Shown here one piece after another: positions 52,330 through 64,000 of a DNA stretch of 64,000 nt. Location of the stretch: contig OX597818.1 of NCBI GenBank assembly GCA_951406725.2, positions 20,150,001 to 20,214,000 on the forward strand, written 5' to 3'. The stretch comes from Octopus vulgaris. Lineage: Eukaryota. A program made the position numbers and the translations under genes. A model generated the notes under the pieces. That model had not been told where the DNA came from, did no database searches, and saw only the letters and a list, made by a program, of their open reading frames with translations. Positions within the stretch are counted from its first letter, which is position 1; each line of letters begins with the position of its first letter.

Positions 52330-52960
52330 ATGCCGTGGCTGATGATACACAGATATGCTCTGAAGTTTCGATATTTTCAGCAATTCCTTAATGTTTGTCA
52401 AACAGCTCAGCAGTGCTGGACCAAACAAGATCAAAACAGGGTACTTAGCATCTGGGTTGTCGTCATACTCTCACAGACCTCTACCAATCGGATAATGCGG
52501 CCGGTGGATATTCTACTTTGGGATTCTATAGGGAATAAGAGCGACGATGTTCTTTTGCAGACTCTGGGCGTTGACGAAAATAAAGAAGCTGTCTATTCCG
52601 GGGGCCTTCGGAAATCTCTGGCTTTGCAGTGCTACCGACAGGCAGTGCCTGTCCAGTGTTCAACAAAGCATTGCTGACTTGTGGAATTATATCGAACACC
52701 TGCGGTCACATGTAGGACCGATCCAGCTATGAGCTGAATCCATTGTGAAGATCGTCCTGTTGCTTTCCTTTAGCCGGAAAGGACATACAGTGTTTATCTG
52801 TCTGATGGTATTACTGGAAATGGTTGTATGATGAACCAACCTGAAAAGGCTGAAGAGACACACTGCTCTTTCTCCAAGCTCTCATCTCTTTTTTCAAGTT
52901 TCTCTCGAAAAGGAAAGTGAAAGTGAAGAAGGGAGTGCTGCAAGTGGATGAAAGTTGTGA
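52330..52960 (+). mobile_element. Decayed Tx1-type ORF2 C-terminal fragment
   Basis: KSLALQCYRQAVPV and SIADLWNYIEHL resemble the region around the C-terminal zinc finger of Tx1 ORF2. Multiple frameshifts. Confidence 0.55.
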
Positions 52961-53682
52961 GCAAGGGTCTAGGTGAACGGCCATACTTTGAACGTGAATC
53001 TATAGATTGGGACTGAAATTGAAACCGCATGGTTGCAAAGCAGACTTCTTAAACCACACAGCCATAATTTTTTTGTTCTTACAAATATAATTATTGTTGA
53101 TATTTTGATCTAAGCCAGCCTTAATTGAGGAAGCCAACGATGAAAAGTGGTCCAGATATGATCATCCCGCCTTTTCAGAGATAAATGTATCTTGAACAAC
53201 ATCATCCAATGTGTCTTTCAAAACTTTTCTTCCTAATAAATGGTCAGGTGTCATTGGAAGTTGATTTGGTTGCTATTCCTTGTAGGTCGAGCCTCCACAT
53301 TGCAGGCTCCCTCATTAACTTGCAGTTGATGTTGTTGCTGTTGTTTTCCCTGGCATGTATGTTATGTTTTAACAAAAAACGACAGCTTTCAGAAGATGCG
53401 AGAAAAAATAATGCTGGTGATGTCATCGAAACTTGACGGGTGAAATACCAACAACTCTCTCACTTTCTCTCTCTCACTCTCTTTATTTCTCTCTTTCTCC
53501 CTCTCACTCTCCTTCTTCCTCTCTGTCTATCCCCTTTTTCTTTTCTTTTTTCCACTTAATCAAACTGGTTGTTTTTGTTGTTGTTAACAGATTCTGCTGT
53601 CGTTATTCATTCTGTTATAAAATATGACGTGGTTGTTACAGTTGTCATTGTTGTTGGTGTTGTTATTACAGTTATTGTTACT

Positions 53683-53715
<33 letters not shown>

Positions 53716-53771
53716 ACAGCAGCAGCAGCAGCAGTAGTAGTAGTAAGAGTAGTAGTAGTAGCAGCAGCAGC

Positions 53772-53802
<31 letters not shown>

Positions 53803-54615
53803 TTTGTTGTTGTTATTCTTACTATTGATCCTGTTGCTGTTGTTTGTTTTGTTGCTGCTGTTCTTTTTGTTATTGTTGTTGCTGCTTTTTTGTTTATTAC
53901 CATTGATGTTGTTGTTGTTGTTGTGCAGTTTACTATTTTACTTGTTTCAGTCGTTTGACTGCGGCCATGCTGGAGCGCCGCCTTTTAATCGAGCAAATCG
54001 ACCCCAGGACTTATTCTTTGTAAGCCTAGTACTTATTCTATCGGTCTCTTTTGCCGAACCGCTAAGTTACGGGGACGTAAACACACCAGCATCGGTTGTT
54101 AAGCGATGTTGGGGGTACAAACACAGACACACGAACACACACACACACATATATATATATATACATATACATATATACGACAGGCTTCTTTCAGTTTCCG
54201 TCTACCAAAACCACTCACAAGGCTTTGGTCGACCCGAGGCTATAGTAGAAGACACTTTGCCCAAGGTGCCATGCAGTGGGATTGAAACCCGGAACCACGT
54301 GGTTGGTACGCAAGCTACTTACCACACAGCTACTCCTGCGCCTATTATTATTGTTACTAGTATTTTGTTGCTGTTTTACGTCCTGAGATCAAATTCCGCC
54401 GAGGTCAGCTTTGCCTTTCATCCTTTCGGAGTCGATAAAATAAGAACCAATTGAACACTGGGGTCGATTTAATCGACTTACCGCCTTCCCAGAAATTGCC
54501 GGCCTTGTGCCAAAATTTCGAATCAATATTTCTTTGTTCTTAGGGCGGTGAACTGGCGGAATCGTTACCGCGCCGGAAAAAAAACACAAAAAAACTACTT
54601 AGCGGCAGTTCTTCC

Positions 54616-55320
54616 ACGTTCTGAGTTCAAATTTTGTCAAGGTCAACTTTTACTTTTCATTCGTCCGGGTTCCATAAAACAAGTACCAGTTGAGTACTGG
54701 GGTCGATGTAATCGACTTACTCCCTCCTCTAAAGTTAAGTGCTTAGCGGTATTTACGTTCTGAGTTCAAATTCCACCGGGGACGACTTTTAACTTTCATC
54801 CTTATGGGTTCGATAAAACAAGTACCAGTTGAGTACTGGGGTCGATGTAATCGACTTACTCCCTCCCCTAAAGTTAAATGCTTAGCGGTATTTACGTTCT
54901 GAGTTCAAATTCCACCGTGGACGACTTTTATCTTTCATCCTTTTAGGTTCGATAAAACAAGTACCAGTTGAGTACTGGGGTCGTTGTAATCGACTTACTC
55001 CCTCCCCTAAAGTTAAATGCTTAGCGGTATTTACGTTCTGAGTTCAAATTCCACCGTGGACGACTTTTATCTTTCATCCTTTTAGGTTCGATAAAACAAG
55101 TACCAGTTGAGTACTGGGGTCAATGTAATCGACTTACTCCCTCCCCTAAAGTTAAATGCTTAGCGGTATTTACGTTCTGAGTTCAAATTCCACCGGGGAC
55201 GACTTTTAACTTTCATCCTTATGGGTTCGATAAAACAAGTACCAGTTGAGTACTGGGGTCAATGTAATGGACTAACCCCCTTCCTCGACGTTGCTGGCCT
55301 TATGTCAAAATTTGAAACCA
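54616..55320 (+). repeat. SINE-derived tandem array, five 139-bp units
   Basis: CTGAGTTCAAA at 54621, 54760, 54899, 55038 and 55177. Confidence 0.95.
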
Positions 55321-55499
55321 ATATCTTATATTGAATTACGGCCATACTGGGGTACCGTTTTGTGGTTCATTGATTAACTAATGTTGCTCATGAAGATGTT
55401 GTTGTTGTTGTTATTGCTATTGTTGGATGATATAGTCATCAATATTGTTAATATATTAGATACTTTAACCGTTGTTGTTGTTGCTGCTCCTGCAACTGC

Positions 55500-55637
55500 T
55501 ACTACAGTAGTAGTAGTAGTGGTGATAGTAGTAGTAGTAGTGGTGGTGGTGTGGTGGTGGTGGTAGTAGTAGTAATGGTGGTGGTGGTAGTGGTGGTGGT
55601 GGTGGTAGTAGTAGTAGCAGTGGTGGTGGTGGTGGTG

Positions 55638-55684
<47 letters not shown>

Positions 55685-55810
55685 GGTAGTGGTGGTGGTA
55701 GCGGTGGTGGTGGTTGAGATAGTGGTGGTGGTGGTGGTGATAGTAGTAGTAGTAGCAGAAGTAGTAGTAGTAGTGGTGGTGGTGGTGGTGATAGTAGCTG
55801 TAGCAGTAGT
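55500..55810. repeat. Compound (GTA)n/(GTG)n microsatellite
   Basis: Direct reading. Similar tracts at 30730-30792, 53683-53800 and 63070-63320. Confidence 0.95.
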
Positions 55811-56764
55811 AATAGGAGGAGGAGGTGGAGGAGGAGAAGAAAGGGAGTGATTAATTGAAAGTGTTACATTACAACACCCAACTCTATACCCTTTATATTC
55901 ACCCCTTTAACCCACGAACCTCACCCCTCAAACATACCAAACCTAGTCCCCCCCCCCTTCCACCCCTCACCTACCATGCCTCACCCCAACTAAAATCCAT
56001 CTTTTGCTGAGTTCGTTATCAATTCAACTTTTCAGACTGATGACTCCTTTGATCTTACCGCCGCTTGATTGGAGGTGTCATCTTGCTTGAGGTGTGTGCA
56101 TGTATGTGTGTATGTGACTAAGCGTGTGTGCATGTGTGTGCTTGTGTGATTGAGTGTGTGGGGTTAGTGTAAATGCGGGTGTGAAAGTAAGAGTGTGCGT
56201 AAGAGTGAAATATGAGTGTGAATGTGTGTATGTGTGCATAAGTTTGCATGAGTTGGTGTATATGTGCATGCGTGTGTTATTGTGTGTATATGTGCATGTG
56301 CGTGTATATGTGTGCATGTGTGTGCCTGAGAGTGTTTAAATGTGCGTGTATGTGTGTATGCGTGTCTATGTGTGTGTATGTGTGTATTTGGGTGTGAGTG
56401 TGTGTGTGAATGTAGTCGTGTTGTGTAAGTTTGTTGAGTGCGTGTTGTATGTGCTATGTTAGTGCCTACATGTGTGTATATGTGTAAGAGAGAGAGAGAG
56501 AGAGAGAGCGTATGTGTGTCTGTGTGTGTGTGTGTGTGTGTGAGCGTGTGTGTGTTTACGTTTGTGTTCGAATATGCATACACACATACATACGACATGC
56601 ATACACACATACATACATACATGCGTACATACAAACATACATATATACCTACATATATGCATATAGACACGCACATGTATATACATACATGAATATATAC
56701 ACATACGCACACACACCTATATACATATATAAGTATTTATATACATACATATAGATAAATAAAT

Positions 56765-57258
<494 letters not shown>

Positions 57259-57643
57259 TACAAGGCGTATATGTGTGTCATTGTTTTACTCTATATTTTT
57301 TTTATACGCACAAATGAAAACATCAGTAAATGTGTGAATGCTTGTAAGTAAAGAAACAGAGAGAGAGAGAGACAGACAGACAGAGACAGGGAGAGAGACG
57401 GAGTGTGCGTGTACCTGCACTTATAGGTGTGCGTGTAAGTGCGTCTGTACGTGTGTATGAGCGTGCACGTGTGTATACATATGTCTATGTTGAGACAAAA
57501 TCTGTATGTGTGCATTATGATGATACAGATAAGACTTGAAACAACAAAGGGAAATATTTATTGAAAACATGAAAATAAAATATACATAATGTAAATTGCA
57601 AATAATAAGCTATATATCTACATGCACCCATACAGTCATACAT

Positions 57644-57682
<39 letters not shown>

Positions 57683-57686
57683 TATT

Positions 57687-57871
<185 letters not shown>

Positions 57872-58482
57872 AAAATATGCATATATATATACATATATGT
57901 ATGAATGTATGTATATGATTACATATGATTATATATATGTGTTTGTGTGTGAGTGTATAGAGGGAGAATAGTAGGTTAGTCATTTCTGAAAATAGATAAA
58001 AGAGGTGTTTATAATATAAATAATAGATAAGTATAGGATTATTAACACACATGCACACACACGTGTACACACACACGCGTACACACGCACACGCTTACAC
58101 ACACATACACGCACTCATACAAATATATACATGCGCGCACGCGAAACATAACGCGATTGTACAGACACACACACACAGAGCAAATATACCCCACAAGCAG
58201 ACGTATACACTCGTGCATATATACATATGTGTATGCTTTTTGAAGTGTAAAAGTACATAGGAGTATGTTCATGCGGAAACGTTTATTATTCACTCTCACA
58301 AAATCTCACGCCACAAAATTAATGCGTGCGTGTATGTGTGTGTGTGTGTATGTGTGTGTGTGTGTACGTGTGTGTATGTGTGTGTGTGTGTGTGTGTGTG
58401 AGCGTGTGTGTGTGTGGGCATGCGCGTATTTGAGAGAGTTTTACGTATAATCTAAGTCGATATTAAGAACCAATCATTTATT

Positions 58483-58521
<39 letters not shown>

Positions 58522-58523
58522 AT

Positions 58524-58589
<66 letters not shown>

Positions 58590-58687
58590 CAAATACTTAT
58601 ATATCCGTATATATATGATATATATATACACACATATATATGTACACACGCACACATATATACATACACACACGCGCACGTATGCAA

Positions 58688-58763
<76 letters not shown>

Positions 58764-58877
58764 AATTATTTATCATATATTTACACACACAGACATATAT
58801 ATACATACATACATACATACACACACAAACAAACACACATGTATGTGTGTATATATATACACATATATTTATATATA

Positions 58878-58920
<43 letters not shown>

Positions 58921-59504
58921 TATATAAGTGTGTGTGAAAAGAAGAGGCACACAGATAGTATAAATACGATGAACAATAAAAGAGACAACACGTAAGGGGC
59001 AATATTTAACAAATAAAGAAGCATCAGTTTTTTTAATGGCAAGAGATAATGTCACAACGTTTCAGATGTTTGTTCTTCATCATAAGAAAAGGAGAAGCAA
59101 AGAAGGGGTGAGAAATAGAAATAATCAGTGAGAAGGAGAGATTATACATACATACATACATACCATACGAACCAGCAACTGGCGAATCTATAATGCACAC
59201 AAATGCACACAAATGCATACATACACACATACATGCATACATGCATGCATGCACGCATACATACATACATACATACATACATACATACATACATACGTAC
59301 GTACATACATACATACATACATACATACAAATACATGCATATATATATAGGTTTGTGTATATGTATGAATGTATGTATGTATGTATGTATGTATACGTAC
59401 GTATGTATACATTATGTATGATTTTATGTGTGCATGTATGTATGTATGAATGTATGTATGTGCACATTTGTATGTTTTATGTATGCATTCTCTTGCATAT
59501 GGTT

Positions 59505-60881
59505 ACATATCTAGATATGCTCATATATATTTAAATGATAAACTTCTGGGAAGTTTTACAGATTTTTTACAGTTCCAGTGATGGATCGGATCTGTAGTCT
59601 TCGAATTAGCTTTCTCTTTTCTTGTTCTGAGAAACCTAATTTCTCAAGATTGGAATTTAGGCAGTGTGTTAAATATTCCAAGGCCCCAATAATTACAGGT
59701 AATCTGGATAGAGTAACTGCAGATTTCTTAATAGTTCGACATATGTGTTATCTTTTTCACTGATCTTCAGCTCTATGCTAACATCCGCTGAGCAACTAAT
59801 TTCTGCAACTGTGCACAATCTCTCTTCTCGATCCCAAATCATCATATCAGTTCTTTTGTACTAACCTTTTATTGGCGTTTCCACTTGGACATTCTACCAG
59901 TATTCCTTTTTATTATGAGTGGCTATGGCGTCTACCATATTGTGTGTTTTTATTTCTTTGTCCTCGGCATTATCCTCCCGACGGATTTCATTACAGAGTG
60001 TCCTAGCTACAACATCATGATGACATTTTCGGAGAACTACTTATGATGTCGGTGATATCTCCGGTGTTAACCCTACAAAGTCTGCAACGATTGTCACATT
60101 TTACTGCTTTTTTTGCATCTGTATCCTTTTTGTGCACCAGGTACTCGGTTGATATTTCCTGTTCCTGTATTGCAAACGCATACCCTTCAAAGTGAGCAAT
60201 CCGGCTATTGGTCCATGATAAACTGCTTTGATGATCGATATTACTATCATCACGGAGCTTTCTACTAACATATCCGTGCATAGGATTCTGCTGATATAGG
60301 CTCATCCTTTCATCTGATGATGCTTTGCGGTAGAGTCGTGCGACTTCTTTGGGCATGTATTCTAGGTTATCAAAGAATGTTGTTCAAGGAGCTGCCTTCC
60401 AAGTCTTATGATGTTATCAGCCTCATGTATGCAAACTCGGTCAAGGGCTGCACTTCGACATTTGGTGTTTGAAAGATGCTGCCGAAAGAATATGATGCAA
60501 CATTCAAAGGTATTTTGGATCGATGTTAAACCTCTGCCGCCTTGTTTTAGGTAATGGCGGTCTATGTTACTATTTATGTGGAAATTATGTGTGCTTGTTA
60601 GTATTTTTCGGGCTTTTACATTAATGGCTCGGATCTCATCAAGCGTCCAATAAAGCAGCCCAAATGTTGGTATGAGTACTGGCACTGCAAACACATTGTA
60701 GGCCACTGTTTTATTGAATGTAGAGAGTTCTGCGGTCCAAATTTTCTTTATTCGGCTGTAATATTCTTCAGTGACACGTGTTTTGTTAGAGGTGCCATTG
60801 CAAGATATATTTTCATCCACCCCTAGATACCTGTAACATTCTTCGTCAGATACAGGGGAAACAGTCAAATCATTGACTGTT
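59505..60881 (-). mobile_element. Second copy of the (TATG)n-associated Dong/R4-like LINE
   Basis: YRYLGVDE (RT domain 7), FEGYAFAIQEQEIST and CRLCRVNTGDITDIISS motifs. Colinear with 34410-35692, and the 5' junction runs into (TATG)n. Confidence 0.92.
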
Positions 60882-62405
60882 GTATGTATGTATGTATGTA
60901 TGTATGTATGTATGTATGTATGTATGTATGTATAAAAATTATTAATCACCGCCAGGAAACCTCGGCGTTGCCAAAGCTTATGAATAACTAAATTGACATA
61001 ATTTCACTGTGTCTTTGGATAATTTTCTTTCGAATGATGCTGAGGATCTTTAGTTAGTCCAGGGATCTTTGTTGGTCCAAGAATCGTTCGAGCATAAATA
61101 GTGGGGGAGAAATCATAGCTATGTGTTGAGAAGAATTCTTTGCGGGGTTGAATGATTCACTTCTGGAAACATGGGTGTTTTGTTCAACAACCTTAAATAA
61201 CTCTTATTCAGGGACCTTTTGAGTGAGATGGGTTACTCTACCTGAAGAAAATTCTAACTAGGCCCCACCTATAAGGTCATGTGCTGTTTATCATGATATG
61301 AAATCACCATGTCGCGCACATATAGTTGTGATGCATGTGCCTGGTCTACCCTTATCAGACGGGTAGTCAGGGTGGGTATATTAGGCTTCGTATATATGCA
61401 TCCCTGTGTCACTCAATAATAATTATGATTATGATGATTTCAAATATTGGCCCAAGGCCAAAAATCTTGGAGGAGGTCATAACTTGATAACATCGACCCC
61501 AGTGCTCAACTGGTACTTACTCTATCGACCCTGAAAAGATGAAATGTAAAATCAATCTCTGCGGAATTTGAACTCAGAATGTACAGACGGACGAAATGAC
61601 ACTAAGCATTTTGTCTGGCGTGCTAATGATTCTGCCAGCTCGCCGCTTTAATAATAACAATGGTACTTTCTACTATAGGCACAAAACCTGAAATTGGGAG
61701 TGGGGATAGACGATTACATCGACCCCAGAACTCGACTAGTACCTTTTTCATCGATTACGAAAGGATGAAAGACAAAGTTAACCTCGGCGGAATTTGAACT
61801 CAGAGCGTAGCGATGAACATGTCGCTAAGCATTTCGCCCGGTGTGCCAATACCCGGATACAGTACCAGGCAGTGGCTCATATGGTGTCTTATCTTAACTG
61901 GCTGGAAGTATTAACATGTTCATGTTTTGTCTCGGTGTAAAAGATGGGTTACAGCAAATATTCTGCTCAATACCGCAGATTTGCTTGTCAGATGAACATG
62001 TCCCTTAGTTGTTGACTTTTCACTATCTATTCACCACCACGTTGTCTACACTTCTCTCTCCTTCATTTTCTCCCGCACTTCACCCCTCCCTTCAACTAAC
62101 CATGTGACAGAGTAACGCATTTGGCCTTAGTGTATATTAAGAGATAATGGCTTCAAATTTTGGAAACTGGCCAGTAATTTTGAGGAAGGGGTAAGTTGAT
62201 TACATCGATTCCAGTGTTCGGCTGCTACTTATTCAGCTGGTATGACTTGGAAAGGATGAAAGGCAAAGTGGACCACGGCTGTTTGAACTCAGAACGTTAT
62301 GTCGGAAAAGAAAAATGGCGCTAAGCATTTTTCCCGCCTTAGTTCGCAGAAGCTATGCCGTTATTGATAATAATTTTGGTGACAAAAATAACACAGACAA
62401 TTACC

Positions 62406-62472
<67 letters not shown>

Positions 62473-63084
62473 TAATAATGATGATGGTAATAATCGTGAT
62501 GATGATGGTAATAATAATTGCTACCATCAAATTCATCTTCACCCTCATCACCACCACCACTACCATTATCATCATATCATCATCATCATCATCATCATCA
62601 TGTTGGTAGTGTTAATAATGGTTGTGAAGGAAATATTTGGCAGTTTCTTAAAATAAATTCGTTCTCATATTTCATTTCCTATTTTTTTTTATCAATTTGT
62701 CAATGCATTTTTTTTCTTTTCCTTTATTATACTCTTTTTATTTAATTATTTATAATTTCTATTTTTAATTCTTTTATTAGTATTATTATCGGCGAACGAA
62801 AAACTAAGATCAAAGGAAATTCAGACACCAACCCCGCCCAAACCCGTTGCCTTTCCTAACCCACATGTCTTTCTGACAATTTTTTTTTTCAATTCTAACA
62901 TCCCACCCACTCTTAAGCCCCCGCCACCTTCTCCAATGAACACCTCACCACTCCGAGAAACGATATCTCCCTTGCCTCACCCTACACCCACCACCACCAT
63001 TAATAACTAAAACACTACCACTTTCATTATTTTCTCCCTGTTTTTCCTCCTCCTAATGCCCCTCTTTCGCTTTTGCTGCTGCTG

Positions 63085-63179
<95 letters not shown>

Positions 63180-64000
63180 AATGCTGCTGCTGCTGCTACT
63201 ACTACTACTACGACGACGACGACGACTACTGCGACTACTACTAATACTACGATTACGACGACTACTACTACTACTACAACTACTAATGCTGCTACTACTA
63301 CTACTATTACTACTACTCTATAAAATGAACAATGCATCACCCTTTGTTTCAAGGGCTTGGTGGTGGTGGTGGTGGTGTTGAGGGTGGCGGCGGCGGTGGC
63401 GGCGGCCGTGGTGATGGTGGAAGCGGTGGTGGTGGTGACAGCGGTGGTACTAGCAGCGACGGTGTGGTGGCTTCGATGGTGTTGATAGCGTTGGGGGGGG
63501 GGGGGGTTGATGTTGGTGATGGTGGTGGCAGTGGTGGCGGTGGTGACGGTGATGATGTTGGCGGTGATGACGTTGTTGGTGATGTTGGTGATGTTGGCGG
63601 TGGTGGTGGTGGTAGCGACGAAGGTGGAAGTGATAGTCATAGTAGTGGCGGTGGTTGTGGTGGTGGTATATAGGAAATAGTATTAGTAGTTGTGATGGTG
63701 GTAGTGGGTTTCAAAGTGATGACGATGTTGAATATCTGCAGAGTTGGAAGTGATGGGCTCTTGTTCTTGTTATTGCGGCCGTTTTTGTTTAAACTCCAGA
63801 TTATCTTTGAGCGAGCAACGGCATTCCAGCTGTGACCATCTCACCTTTTTCCTGTGTGGAAAGTAACCCAGGACAGCATTATTTAACGTCTCCTAAGACG
63901 GTGAAATGTGACAATATTTTGAATTAGGCGTTGATGGTTTTCATATTAGAATTTGAATGGTGGTGTTCGTAGGGATGTTGCTGGTGGTGGTGGTGGTGGT

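Noticed and set aside
54616-55320. CRISPR-like regular array
   Set aside because: Whole units repeat with no unique spacers, the sequence is SINE-derived, the context is eukaryotic and there are no cas genes.

Overview
AT-rich, repeat-saturated animal genomic DNA. The SINE families, Dong/R4-type and Tx1-type LINE relics and very long microsatellites point to a coleoid cephalopod (Octopus); this is pattern recognition, not a database result. I found no intact host gene: nearly all listed ORFs are microsatellite or SINE artefacts, and only a possible terminal exon at ~578 is suggested. The window holds dozens of tRNA-derived SINEs, decayed LINEs, an ORF1-only (HAL1-like) retroelement with a target-site duplication (TSD), hAT, Tc1/mariner-like and Kolobok-like MITEs, and a complete non-autonomous Helitron. 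The most notable unexplained signal is a set of type I hammerhead-ribozyme (HHR) motifs of the minimal Penelope/retrozyme kind. One near-canonical HHR caps a G-U-rich ~140-nt hairpin (17814-17951) and another lies on the minus strand (6311-6398). Two unrelated DNA palindromes (12534-12708 and 27397-27538) each consist of two head-to-head, outward-pointing HHR copies. Several local inverted duplications also copy flanking DNA across an element. Coordinates were read by eye and ends may be off by a few bases.
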